A stretch of DNA of 64,000 nt from an uncultured Methanoregulaceae archaeon. GTDB taxonomy: Archaea > Halobacteriota > Methanomicrobia > Methanomicrobiales > Methanospirillaceae. Below the pieces are notes generated by a model, which had not been told where the DNA came from, made no database searches, and was given only the letters and a program-made list of their open reading frames with translations. The position numbers were made by a program, and so were the translations under genes. Shown here in pieces: positions 32,482 to 43,534 of this stretch (position 1 is its first letter; every line of letters starts with the position of its first letter). The stretch spans positions 640,001 to 704,000 of the forward strand of contig CAWJAX010000003.1 in the NCBI GenBank assembly GCA_963841015.1, in the 5' to 3' direction.

Positions 32482-33694
32482 CTAAGAATTCAGGAACAGA
32501 AACACAATAACTGCAAATACTCCCCCGCCAATCGTTGCAAGAAGATTTGTTCCTGCATTACCCAGAAACCCCCGGTTTTCCAATGTCGCACCAACAAGGC
32601 TGTCAATGTTGGTCCCGATAAAACCCGCAAGCGTGCAAATAACCATCATTTGAGGCGTGATCACATTGAGCAGTAATGCAACAAGCGAGACGACAAAACC
32701 ACCCAGGAGCGCAACAAATTCTCCCGTCAGGGTAACACCTCCGTTCGTTCCTATCGGGACCTTCTTTAATGTTGTAATCATATAGGGGATTCCCCCGGTA
32801 ACACCAATCTCGCTCGCCATGGTGTCTGCGGCAGCAGTTGCCACACAACCGACATACATGACAATAAAGACGGGCAATTGAAAAACACCGAAAAGAACGG
32901 CTGCTGCGGCTGCGACAATCCCATTTGCAAAAACATTCCGGTACCCCCGCGCCCCGCCCCGTCCCTGTTCAACACCAATCCTTTTTTTATACGCGAATTT
33001 ATATTTGGTCGCCGCAGAGCCCAGGATGAAAAATGACAACATAATTAAAAACCATTGCGCACCCTGAGGTGCAGCAAAGACCAACAGGATAATCCCAACA
33101 AGAGCAGCAGAGAAGAGACCGGAAAGGTCTGCAGTTTTTGCCCTGAATGCAAAATAGCCAAAGGTAAACCCGACAATTACCGCTATCACCACGAGCAGCA
33201 GGTCTGCCTGGTAATTAAGCTCACGGATAAGCCACATCGTCATTGCTATGCCAACCGCTTCGATAACCAGAGAGTCTTCATACTTGAGCAGGATAGTCTT
33301 TAAAAGAACTGCTGCAATGATTCCGAAGATAACTGTTAAGAAATAGTACCTGGTGGAGATACGCGATGACCAGTACGCCCGCCCATGCAGTTGAGATGAT
33401 ATAGTAAAGATATGTGTTCAAATCATCAGCACCACGCTGGAATACCAGTTCGCCCAGCACAAGCATGGCAAGCGTACAGCAGAATACAAAAAGGGGAAGA
33501 AGAGTAATTCCGTAAAGTATGGCAATCACACAAATAGAGTACGTAAGATATTTGGTGTCAAAAAAACGCCAGAGGATAAGCGCAAAGAGAATAACAATCA
33601 GACTCATCAGCCACGCAGGCTGGATATAGGGGGCAATCAGAATTGAACCACCGACAAGCCCTGCAGCGTAACCCAATCCTCTTTGTTTCTCCAT
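32482..33694 (-). CDS. DUF92/TIGR00297 family membrane protein, split by a one-base insertion near 33341
   Basis: RGYRNVFANG, ADTMASEIG, GTNGGVT..G, DSLVGATLE; the upstream ORF joins via ...VLFLTVIFGII. Confidence 0.88.
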
Positions 33695-33836
33695 TTGTCA
33701 ATCATTTGTCTTTTAAGCAAAAAGAGTTTTATCGTGTCCGTATTTTTAAAAAAAATAAACGCTGACGGCACTTGCCGAATCATAAAAAAACAGTATACGA
33801 TCACTATATTTTATTTCACAACCAACCATCCGGAGA

Positions 33837-36434
33837 ATGGTATCCTCTGGTCAAATGCCGAAAAACTATGATTTCGCTGAGGTGGAGGAGCGCTGGCGCG
33901 GCATCTGGCGCGACGAAGATCACTATTTTGATAAAAACTCAAAAAAACCGCAATTTGTGATCGACACACCACCGCCATATCCTACCGGCAACTTCCACAT
34001 CGGTAACGCATTAAACTGGTGTTATATCGACTTTTTTGCCCGCTATAAGCGCATGAAAGGCTTTAATGTGATGTTCCCCCAAGGCTGGGACTGCCATGGT
34101 CTTCCGACGGAAGTGAAAGTAGAGGAACTTAATCATATAACAAAAAACGATGTTTCCCGCGAAGAATTCCGGCGGATGTGCCATGACCTGACTGAAAAAA
34201 ACATTTCCCTGATGAGAATCACGCTCCGCAAGATGGCATTCTCCACGGACTGGAGTAACGAGTACATCACCATGCTGCCAAATTACTACGGCAAAACACA
34301 GCTCTCATTCCTGCGCATGCTCAAGTCAGGTTACATCTACCAGAGCGAGCACCCGGTAAATTATTGTATCAGGTGCGAAACAGCGATTGCTTTTGCTGAG
34401 GTTGCTTATGATGACCGGGAGACACAGCTGAATTATTTTGACTTTCATGGTGTGGAGATAGCAACAACCCGCCCGGAACTCCTGGCTGCCTGCGTAGCAG
34501 TTGCAGTGAATCCTGCAGATGACCGATACCACTTCTTAAAAGGCAAAAAGATGAAGGTCCCGCTGTTCGGCCATGAAGTTCCGGTTGTCCAGGATGAGGC
34601 AGTAGATCCAGCATTTGGCTCTGGCGCGGTCATGATTTGTACATTTGGAGACAAACAGGATGTACACTGGTGGAAGCAGCACAACCTTTCTTTACGTAAG
34701 GCAATTGATCGGCAGGGTAAGATGACTGCTCTTGCAGGCAGATATGTGGGGATGAATACAACCGATTGCCGTGCAGCAATCCTTGCCGATATGAAGTCCG
34801 GGAAAATACTGAAACGTCAGGAAAACCTGGCACAGCGTGTCGGAACCTGCTGGCGCTGTAAGACGCCCATAGAAATACTCTCAGAGCGCCAGTGGTTTGT
34901 AAAAATTAAACCCGATGAAATCCAGAAAGCAGCTCACCAGATTACCTGGTATCCCGAGCATATGCTTCTCAGGATGGAAAACTGGGTCGAACAGATGGAA
35001 TGGGACTGGTGTATCTCAAGACAGCGGATTTTTGCAACACCAATTCCTGTATGGTTCTGTAAAAAATGCGGTGAAAGAGTAATACCCGAAGAGTCAGATC
35101 TCCCCGTTGATCCAACGCTGGTAAAGCCGAAACATCCCTGCCAGAAATGTGGCAGCACCGAGTTTGATGGAGAAGCAGATGTGCTCGATACGTGGATGGA
35201 CTCCTCTATCTCAGTCCTCAATGTGACGGGATGGGACGGGGGGGATACACCCCCCTACTTCCCCGCCCAGATCCGCCCTCAGGGACACGATATAATCCGG
35301 ACATGGGCATTCTATACCATCCTGCGATCAGTCGCACTTATTGGTTCAAAGCCGTGGGAAGAGATTCTCATCAACGGTATGGTGCTGGGAGAAGACGGAT
35401 TCAAGATGAGTAAAAGCCGTGGTAACATCATAGTGCCGGAAGAGATTCTCGATAAATACGGTGCTGATGCACTCCGTCAATGGGCTGCAATGGGAGCGGC
35501 AACCGGTTCAGATATCATGTTTAACTGGAACGATGTTGTTGCCGCATCCAGGTTCCAGACCAAGATGTGGAATATCGCAAAGTTTGCCCTTATCCAGCTT
35601 GAGAAAGAAGGTTTCGATAAGGACGCACCAGTCACCGCGCTTGCTGACAGGTGGCTGCTTGTGCGCCTCTCAGACACAATCCAGCAGGTGAGTGCAGCGA
35701 TGGAGTGCTATCAGTTTGACACGGCACTTAAGGCAATCAGGGAGTTTGCGTGGGATACTCTTGCCGATAATTACATCGAGCTGGTAAAGGGCAGGTTATA
35801 TACTGGTGAGGCGTCCCGCAAGAGTGCCCTGCTTGTACTCCATACGGCATTCGATGCACTTTGTAAAATGCTCGCGCCATTCACTCCCTACTTTGCTGAA
35901 GAGTGCTACTCGTACCTGAATAAAGGTGCGAGCGTTCATAAACAGCCGTGGGTATCCTTCACGTATGAGGATGAAGCAGCAAGGTACGAGGGTACCCTGC
36001 TCGCACAGTTAGTGGCAGAAGTACGTAAGTATAAGCACGACACCGGACTCGCACTCAACGCTCCGCTTGGCAAAATTTCGATCTATGCACCGCATACAGT
36101 GAATGATGAAGGTGATACCGGGCGCACCCTGAATGCGGATGTCCACTGGCGCACCGATGAAGTAAAACTCGAGCGGGTGATTACTGGTATTGATTTTAAC
36201 CGCGCCGTAATTGGACCTGCATTCCGCAAACAGGCACAGGCATTTATGACTGTAATACAAGCGCTGCCACCCCACCAGCTGGCCAACCCGCCAAAAACGA
36301 TCATCCTGGAGGGTTCTGAAGTAGGGATACCTGAAAATTCCTTTTCCCCGAAGTTTTCCTATGTGGAAGAGGGAGCGAAAGTGGACGTGATCACCGTTGG
36401 CGACGTGATCGTGACAATTGCAAAATCTGCCTGA
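33837..36434 (+). CDS. valS: Valyl-tRNA synthetase
   Basis: [42 protein letters not shown]. Confidence 0.97.
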   Translation: MVSSGQMPKNYDFAEVEERWRGIWRDEDHYFDKNSKKPQFVIDTPPPYPTGNFHIGNALNWCYIDFFARYKRMKGFNVMFPQGWDCHGLPTEVKVEELNHITKNDVSREEFRRMCHDLTEKNISLMRITLRKMAFSTDWSNEYITMLPNYYGKTQLSFLRMLKSGYIYQSEHPVNYCIRCETAIAFAEVAYDDRETQLNYFDFHGVEIATTRPELLAACVAVAVNPADDRYHFLKGKKMKVPLFGHEVPVVQDEAVDPAFGSGAVMICTFGDKQDVHWWKQHNLSLRKAIDRQGKMTALAGRYVGMNTTDCRAAILADMKSGKILKRQENLAQRVGTCWRCKTPIEILSERQWFVKIKPDEIQKAAHQITWYPEHMLLRMENWVEQMEWDWCISRQRIFATPIPVWFCKKCGERVIPEESDLPVDPTLVKPKHPCQKCGSTEFDGEADVLDTWMDSSISVLNVTGWDGGDTPPYFPAQIRPQGHDIIRTWAFYTILRSVALIGSKPWEEILINGMVLGEDGFKMSKSRGNIIVPEEILDKYGADALRQWAAMGAATGSDIMFNWNDVVAASRFQTKMWNIAKFALIQLEKEGFDKDAPVTALADRWLLVRLSDTIQQVSAAMECYQFDTALKAIREFAWDTLADNYIELVKGRLYTGEASRKSALLVLHTAFDALCKMLAPFTPYFAEECYSYLNKGASVHKQPWVSFTYEDEAARYEGTLLAQLVAEVRKYKHDTGLALNAPLGKISIYAPHTVNDEGDTGRTLNADVHWRTDEVKLERVITGIDFNRAVIGPAFRKQAQAFMTVIQALPPHQLANPPKTIILEGSEVGIPENSFSPKFSYVEEGAKVDVITVGDVIVTIAKSA

Positions 36435-37008
36435 TTGAATCAGCAACAAATATTGCAATCTCATTTTTTTCTTTCATCGCATCCACGATCACAAACCGTG
36501 AAGGGTCTTTGCGGGCGAGTTGCAAGTAATTTTTCTGAACATTTTCAAGTACGTCCCTCTTTTCGAAATGCTCGCGCTCGTTCTGGGGTTTAAGACGGGC
36601 AAGTGCTTCATCAATAGGGAGAACGCACAGGAAAGTTTTGTCCGGTACTATCGACCAGCCATCGTGCATTGCCCGCAGCCATTCCTCCGGTTGTGGAATC
36701 ACCCCTTTGAGGGTGACTGCCTGGTAGGCGTACCGGCTGTCACTGTATCGGTCAGAAATTACCAATTTACCATCGGCAAGCGCAGGGCGGATAATTCTTG
36801 CAAGATGCGCTGCATGGTCAGCAACAAACAGGGTTGCCTCGGTTATAGGATCGATCTGTTCAGCAATGGCACGGCGTACGGACTCACCTACCCACGTCAC
36901 TCCTGGCTCACGGGTAAAGACCGGATCAAGATCCACAAGTAATTCCTGCAGCTCCTGGTGCAGTGTACTCTTCCCGCTTCCATCAATTCCCTCAAGGGTG
37001 ATTAACAA
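36391..37008 (-). CDS. tmk: Thymidylate kinase
   Basis: [26 protein letters not shown]; likely TTG start at 37008 after GAGGGG. Confidence 0.95.
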   Translation of the reverse strand: MLITLEGIDGSGKSTLHQELQELLVDLDPVFTREPGVTWVGESVRRAIAEQIDPITEATLFVADHAAHLARIIRPALADGKLVISDRYSDSRYAYQAVTLKGVIPQPEEWLRAMHDGWSIVPDKTFLCVLPIDEALARLKPQNEREHFEKRDVLENVQKNYLQLARKDPSRFVIVDAMKEKNEIAIFVADSIRQILQLSRSRRQR

Positions 37009-37673
37009 CAGGTTCCCCTCCGGATCCATTCAACAGGAATAATTCCCCTGTGAAAGGCGGTACTGATAATGGCTCCATCAAATCCTGAATGGCTGATAAT
37101 TTCAAGATCGCGGACAGTTGCAACACCACCCCCGTAAAAAAGCTGTTTATCATAAGCTTGACGCATTTTTTCCAGGTGTTGCCGGTCTATTCCCTGCTCT
37201 GTGCCAACAGCACTGACGTTAAGAAGAATCGACCCGACAAAATTCCAGTGTTGCGCTGAGGATAACACCTCAACCGGTTCTTTGCCACAGGGTATGACCC
37301 GGCCATTTTTTACATCAATGCTGAGTACACCTCCATGATACCGTGACATATTCCTCCCACCGGTCTCTGTCCCGACAATATTCACGATATTCTCCCCCTC
37401 CAGAAAATCAGATGGTGAATGACAACCCCTGTCAACAAAACAGCATCGGACTTCCTGTGCGCACTGCCGGATAATCACATCGTGAGACCCGGTCCCTTCG
37501 ATACGATCGAGATCAGCAATATAGAGAAATCTGGGTTTGATAGATTCAATAAAGCCAAGGGGTTCTGCCGTCGGCGAAAAACCCCAATCCAGCGGTTTGT
37601 AGGTTGCACGTTGCCCGGATTTACCGTGTACGACCAGATTTTGGCGCAAATCCATTGCAAGAAATAGTTTCAT
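37002..37673 (-). CDS. HisA/HisF-related TIM-barrel protein (TIGR00734-like)
   Basis: AMDLRQNLVVHGKSGQRATYKP, LYIADLDRI, VGTET, VGTEQG, YGGGV. Confidence 0.85.
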   Translation of the reverse strand: MKLFLAMDLRQNLVVHGKSGQRATYKPLDWGFSPTAEPLGFIESIKPRFLYIADLDRIEGTGSHDVIIRQCAQEVRCCFVDRGCHSPSDFLEGENIVNIVGTETGGRNMSRYHGGVLSIDVKNGRVIPCGKEPVEVLSSAQHWNFVGSILLNVSAVGTEQGIDRQHLEKMRQAYDKQLFYGGGVATVRDLEIISHSGFDGAIISTAFHRGIIPVEWIRRGTCC

Positions 37674-37716
37674 AGGCGAACGCAATCACTATTAGGATAA
37701 AAGATCATTAAACTTT

Positions 37717-38403
37717 ATGCAATTGTTGGTCAGTCCCAGCACTATCGAGGAGGCAAAACGATCCGCTGCGGCTGATATAATCGATGTCAAAAAACCCTCA
37801 GAGGGCTCACTGGGCGCCAACTTTCCCTGGGTCATACGGGAAATCAAAACACTTTCAGCTAAACCTTTGAGCGCGGCAATTGGTGACTTTGACTACAAAC
37901 CGGGAGGAGCGGCCCTCGCTGCCTTTGGGGCTGCCTGTGCCGGGGCTGACTATGTGAAGATTGGGCTTGCCTTTGATGGTCAGGAAAAGGCACGTGACGT
38001 GATAGGAGCGGTTGTTAAAGCAGTAAAAGATGAATTTCCCCAAAAATATGTCGTGATTGCTGCCTACTCAGATTTCCAGCGTATGCATTCTATCTCTCCG
38101 TTTGAGATGGCACCACTCGCTGCAGACTGTGGTGCTGATGTTGCCATGGTCGACACCGGCATTAAGGATCGTCAAAGTACTTTTGCCTTCATGAATGAAG
38201 ACACGCTCCGTTCGTTTACCCAGACAAACAAAAAACTTGGCCTTAAAACAGCGGTGGCCGGTGCGCTGAAATTTGAAGATATTGAAGCCCTTAAAAGGAT
38301 TAACCCGGAAATAATCGGTGTGCGGGGAATGGTCTGTGGGGGAGACCGAAACGCGACTATCCGTGAAGACCTCATAAAAACCGCACTTGCCATGATCAGG
38401 TGA
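37717..38403 (+). CDS. mfnB: (5-formylfuran-3-yl)methyl phosphate synthase (methanofuran biosynthesis)
   Basis: [47 protein letters not shown]. Confidence 0.93.
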   Translation: MQLLVSPSTIEEAKRSAAADIIDVKKPSEGSLGANFPWVIREIKTLSAKPLSAAIGDFDYKPGGAALAAFGAACAGADYVKIGLAFDGQEKARDVIGAVVKAVKDEFPQKYVVIAAYSDFQRMHSISPFEMAPLAADCGADVAMVDTGIKDRQSTFAFMNEDTLRSFTQTNKKLGLKTAVAGALKFEDIEALKRINPEIIGVRGMVCGGDRNATIREDLIKTALAMIR

Positions 38404-38406
38404 TTT

Positions 38407-39876
38407 ATGTATAGTGAGAAACTGGATGTGCCACTCTCCTTAACCTTTGACGATGTGCTGCTCGAGCCGCAGGCATCGTGGCTTGAACCTGCAGAAGCAG
38501 ATACACGATCAAAGTTTTCAAAAAAAATCAATCTGAACATACCGCTTGTGTCCGCTGCGATGGACACCGTTACTGAGGCGCCGATGGCGATAGCTCTCGC
38601 CCGCGAAGGTGGGATCGGGGTGATCCACCGGAACATGACACCGGAGCATGAGCTGCAGGAAGTCATTTTTGTCAAACAGGCTGAAGAGCTGATAGAACGT
38701 GACGTGCTCTTTGTTGAGGATTCAGCTACGGTTTCTGATGCTGAGCATCTTATGCAACAGTACAGTATCGGAGGAGTTCCCGTTGTCGATAAAGGCAAGA
38801 TTATTGGGATCGTAAGCAGGCGTGATGTGAGGGCTATCGTCTCCAAACGCGGTGATGAAAAAATAACCTCAATCATGACTAAGAAGCCAATTGTCGCGGA
38901 CGAGGAAATTACCGCTGAAAAGGCACTCGAAATCATGTACACAAACAAGATCGAACGCCTGCCGGTGGTGAACAACAAAGGGAAACTTCTTGGTATTATT
39001 ACGATGCAGGATATCCTGGAAAAACGGCAGTACCCGCTTGCAACAAGGGATGCGAAAGGCAATCTCCGGGTAGCTGCTGCAGTTGGACCCTTTGATTTTT
39101 CCCGCGCTGAATTGCTCGACAACAACAGCGTGGACGCACTTGTTGTGGATTGCGCCCATGGCCATAATATGAAAGTCGTCGCTGCGGTCAAAGACATAAA
39201 AGGCAGCATGAAGGCAGAGGTTATTGCCGGTAACATTGCTACGAGGGCAGCCGCAGAGGCACTGGTCAGTGCCGGGGTCGACGGGATCAAGGTCGGTATT
39301 GGTCCGGGCTCGATTTGCACCACCCGCATTGTCGCGGGTACCGGGGTTCCCCAAATCACCGCAATTGCACAGGTTGCAGACGTTGCTCGTAACGCAGAGA
39401 TTCCCATTATCGCAGACGGGGGCGTTCGTTTCAGCGGAGATGTGGCTAAAGCAATTGCAGCGGGAGCTGATACTGTTATGATGGGCAGCATGTTTGCCGG
39501 GACTGATGAAGCTCCGGGCAAAGTAATCACCATCAAAGGACGGCGCTATAAGCAGTACCGGGGGATGGGATCGCTTGGCGTCATGAGTACCGGGCAGTCA
39601 AGTGACCGCTACTTCCAGAAAAGGGATATCGGCAGCAGCAAGTTCGTCCCTGAAGGTGTGGAAGGAGTCACACCCTACGTTGGTCATGTAGCAGAAGTCA
39701 TGTACCAGCTGGTAGGCGGGCTCAAATCAGCGATGGGCTACACGGGTTCAAAGACGATCCCGGAGATGCAGAAAAATGCAAAGTTTATCCGTATCACCAA
39801 TGCCGGTATGACCGAAAGCCACCCGCACAATATCCTGATTACCGATGAAGCACCGAATTATCGGTTGTTTGAATAA
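38407..39876 (+). CDS. guaB: IMP dehydrogenase
   Basis: [20 protein letters not shown] pair, [24 protein letters not shown]. Confidence 0.98.
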   Translation: MYSEKLDVPLSLTFDDVLLEPQASWLEPAEADTRSKFSKKINLNIPLVSAAMDTVTEAPMAIALAREGGIGVIHRNMTPEHELQEVIFVKQAEELIERDVLFVEDSATVSDAEHLMQQYSIGGVPVVDKGKIIGIVSRRDVRAIVSKRGDEKITSIMTKKPIVADEEITAEKALEIMYTNKIERLPVVNNKGKLLGIITMQDILEKRQYPLATRDAKGNLRVAAAVGPFDFSRAELLDNNSVDALVVDCAHGHNMKVVAAVKDIKGSMKAEVIAGNIATRAAAEALVSAGVDGIKVGIGPGSICTTRIVAGTGVPQITAIAQVADVARNAEIPIIADGGVRFSGDVAKAIAAGADTVMMGSMFAGTDEAPGKVITIKGRRYKQYRGMGSLGVMSTGQSSDRYFQKRDIGSSKFVPEGVEGVTPYVGHVAEVMYQLVGGLKSAMGYTGSKTIPEMQKNAKFIRITNAGMTESHPHNILITDEAPNYRLFE

Positions 39877-40095
39877 TTTTTTTTGAACTGGATCTATCAA
39901 ATGTCACTATGAAATGCACCCTTGACTAATTATTTCAAAGAGTATATTTTAACAAGTTGCCGATAGCTCAAATTTAAGCAGTACAATCGATTATATCTGT
40001 TCGAACTGCAGCACAATTCCTGCTACGAATTGCCAGAGTGCAATGCACCGGTGCCTCGCTTTATCTTATTATCACTTCCACTTATACGTAGAAGT

Positions 40096-40224
40096 ATGAC
40101 AATCGAAAAACAATATTGCCAAAAATGCGATCACTCGTGGTATCCCAACAGTGAAAGAAAGCCGAAGGTGTGTCCACGATGCAAATCATATAATTGGGAT
40201 AAAATGGGGGAAGGAGAGAAATGA
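40096..40224 (+). CDS. 42-aa zinc-ribbon microprotein
   Basis: MTIEKQYCQKCDHSWYPNSERKPKVCPRCKSYNWDK has two CxxC pairs; its stop overlaps the next ATG (ATGA). Confidence 0.7.
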   Translation: MTIEKQYCQKCDHSWYPNSERKPKVCPRCKSYNWDKMGEGEK

Positions 40225-43178
40225 GATTCAGACGTAAAAATAATTGGACAATAATTGCCGTAGTATCTGCGCTTTTAATAATGGCGTGGGTAATTCCGGT
40301 AACTGCAGCACCGATATTCGGCAGTTATAGCGGACCAACTTCAGGTCCGACTACAGGTGGAATTCTGTAACAATCACCGGTTCAGACTTTGTTGGACGGT
40401 GCGTTGTTTGGAGTAACGATTGGTGGACGGATGCGAATGGCAGTGTACAGCAGTTAATCGACTACTACAATTACTGCAACAACCCCCGTCGATTGCACAT
40501 GCTGCACCGGTACGCAGTTAGTCGTTGTAATAACCAATGGTGACGGCCAGTCCTGAATATTGGGACGAATGAAGTATTACATACATGTCCAGCACCCAGC
40601 ACCGACGTTTTGGCAGCAGTAGACCAACTTACAGGTCCGACTACAGGCGGCACTCCTGTAACAATCACAGATTCAGACTTGTTGACGGTGCGTTGTTTGG
40701 AGTAACGATTGGTGGAACGGATGCGAATGGAGTGTACAGCAGCTTAATACAGACTACTACAAAAATTGATCTGCAACAACCCCCGTCCGATGCTGCCTGG
40801 AGCAGTCACTGTCAGTTTGTAATACACCAATGCCGTGACGGCGGAGTCCTTGCATACCGTTTAGGACGAATGCATTTACCTATAATGTCCCAGCAGCACC
40901 TGTCGCTGCATTCACAAATACAACCCCACGCACAGGGACTGCCCCATTGACTGTCTCGTTTGACGACCAGTCCACGGTTCGAAGTAGCACTCGTGTTTCT
41001 GGCAATTTCGGGGATGGAGGTACATCAAACAACCAGAATCCTTCCCACCAATACACCACAGCTGGTACCTATTCCGTAAACCTCACGGTCTCTGGTCCGG
41101 GGGGATCTGACTTTGAATATAAATCCAATTACATCACGGTAAATCCAGCACTGGTCGCTGCTTTTTCCGGTACACCCACTTCCGGTCCGAAACCATTGAA
41201 CGTCCAATTCAATGATGCATCTACCGGTGTAATAGATACCTATGCCTGGGATTTCGGGGATGGCCACACATCATCTGCCCAGAATCCATCCCACAACTAC
41301 CCCACTGAAGGTTCTTATACGGTAACACTCACGGTCACTGGTCCCGGGGGATCTGATTCTGAGACTAAAGGCAACTATATAAATGTCGGTGATACCCCCC
41401 CGATAGCCGGGTTTTCCGCTACCCCTACATCGGGTTCTAGTCCATTGAATGTCCAATTCAATGATGCATCAACTGGTAATGTATCCTCCTATGCGTGGAA
41501 TTTCGGAGATGGAAATACATCGATACTCAGGAATCCGTCCCATCAATACACTGCTGTAGATTCATATACCGTGACACTCACAGTGACTGGTCCCGGGGGA
41601 TCTGATTCTGAGACAAAAACCAATTACATCACGGTCACAAAATCTACAACTAGGATAGGAATCTATAAGGATGGCGTGTGGAATCTTTTGAACAGTGCCG
41701 GTCCTGCTGATCTCACCTTTAATTACGGCATAGTTGGGGATACTCCGTTAGTCGGCGACTGGGACGGAAACGTCGTAGACACGGTCGGCATCTACCGCAA
41801 CAGTGCATTCTACCTCAAGAACAGCAACAGTGCCGGTCCTGCTGACCTCGCCTTTAATTACGGCATACCCGGGGATACGCCGCTGATCGGCGACTGGAAC
41901 GGAGATGGCGAAGACACTGTCGGCATCTACCGCAACAGTGCATTCTACCTTCGGAACAGCAACAGTGCCGGTCCTGCTGATCTCACCTTTAATTACGGCG
42001 TACCCGGGGATACGCCGTTAATCGGTGATTGGGACGGAGATGGCGAAGACACTGTCGGCATCTATCGCAACAGTGCATTCTACCTTCGGAACAGCAACAC
42101 TGCAGGTTATGCTGACCTCACCTTTAATTATGGCATACCCGGGGATATACCCTTAATCGGCGACTGGAACGGAGATGGCGAAGACACTGTTGGTATCTAC
42201 CGCAATGGCGTATTTTACCTCCGGAACAGCAACACTGCAGGTTATGCTGACCTCACCTTTAATTATGGCATACCCGGGGATATACCCTTAATCGGCGACT
42301 GGAACGGAGATGGGAAGACTGAGATAGGAATCTCCCGGGATAGTGTGTGGTACCTGGATTATAATGGAGATGGTGTCTTTAGTTCATCCGGAAGCACAGA
42401 TTACAGTTTCCGAGGAGAGTCCGGATGGGCACCAATTGTTGGAGATTGGAATGGGGATAAAACCACGAAAATTGGTATTTATAAAAATGGCATCTTGTAT
42501 CTGGACTACAATGGAAACGGAGAATGGGAAGCTGATTCGGATAAAGGGTTTAATTACGGATTGACATCTGACTGGATACCAGTAGCAGGTGACTGGAATG
42601 GAGATGGGAAAACTAAGGCTGGTTTCTACCGTTGGGGATACTGGTCTTTGGATTACCTTGGGGTAGGTACTAATTCGAAATTCTATACATTCATAGGACC
42701 ATACGAATATGCTTTCACACCCGTTGTCGGTGACTGGAACGGAGATGGTAAATCAAAAATAGGGGTGTTTAAAGAGGGGGTCTGGTATCTGGATGACAAC
42801 GGAAATGGAGTGTATAATAGTACCTCTGAGAGAAAAAATAATTTTGGAGTTGCCGGCTGGGTGCCCCTAATTGGCGATTGGAATGGAGATGGTAAATCAA
42901 AAATAGGGGTGTTTAAAGAGGGGGTCTGGCGTCTGGACTATGATGGGGATTCTATTTGGAATGCTTCTGTTGATAAAAGTTACACTTTCCAAGGACTGGC
43001 CGGTTGGACACCTGTTATTGGAGACTGGAATGGAGACGGAAAAGACAAGATTGGAGTGTATAATACCCTTAGTGGAGACTGGCATCTGGATTACGACGGG
43101 AATGGTGTGTGGGATGAAACTATAGATAAAGGGTATAATATCGGATTGGGAACCCCCGTTATTGGAAAATGGAGTTAA
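40221..43178 (+). CDS. Secreted protein: signal peptide, two IPT/TIG domains (indel-damaged in this sequence), three PKD domains, about 11 VGDWNGDG repeats
   Basis: MRFRRKNNWTIIAVVSALLIMAWVIPVTA signal peptide; fragments PTSGPTTGG, VTITG and FGVTIGGT; intact ORF 40947-43178 with WDFGDG PKD motifs, ending TPVIGKWS. Confidence 0.8.
40308..40895 (+). repeat. Two degenerate ~290-bp direct repeats (IPT/TIG domain duplication)
   Basis: Shared blocks CAGGTCCGACTACAGG and GACGGTGCGTTGTTTGGAGTAACGATTGGTGGA recur about 290 bp apart, with many indels. Confidence 0.85.
41691..42312 (+). repeat. Intragenic tandem repeat, 135-bp unit, about 4.6 copies
   Basis: Units start at 41691, 41826, 41961, 42096 and 42231; the encoded 45-aa unit is homologous to that at 28619-29284. 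Confidence 0.95.
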
Positions 43179-43534
43179 AAAAACACTCCTGACTCTTTTT
43201 TTAGAACCTGTTCAATGCATTATGTTTAATCTATTTAAGGATTAGAATTTCCCAGTTTTGATTTTTTCTGATAGGCCTGATAATCCGGGAATATCAAAAA
43301 ACCTTGATACAGTAATTAATGCAACAACGGAAAGAACCAATGACTGAATCAGATCTAGTTATGCTTTCTACGGATGTTTAAACAATCAAGCAAAATCAAT
43401 TAATTATAAGTTTAAGCTAGTGACGGTGCACACCATCATTGACTTTATCTTTAATCATCTGGAAATGTTCGCATTGGAATAGTATGCACTTCAAACAAAA
43501 ACCTATTTGAAAGGGATTTCGGAATATAAAAAAA

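Noticed and set aside
36391-36434. 44-bp 3' overlap of convergent valS and tmk
   Set aside because: Short tail-to-tail overlaps are common in compact archaeal genomes; no sign of a special function.
38172-39536. 454-aa ORF antisense to mfnB/guaB
   Set aside because: Shadow ORF in mirror phase to conserved genes, with atypical Ser/Ala/Thr-rich composition and no motifs.
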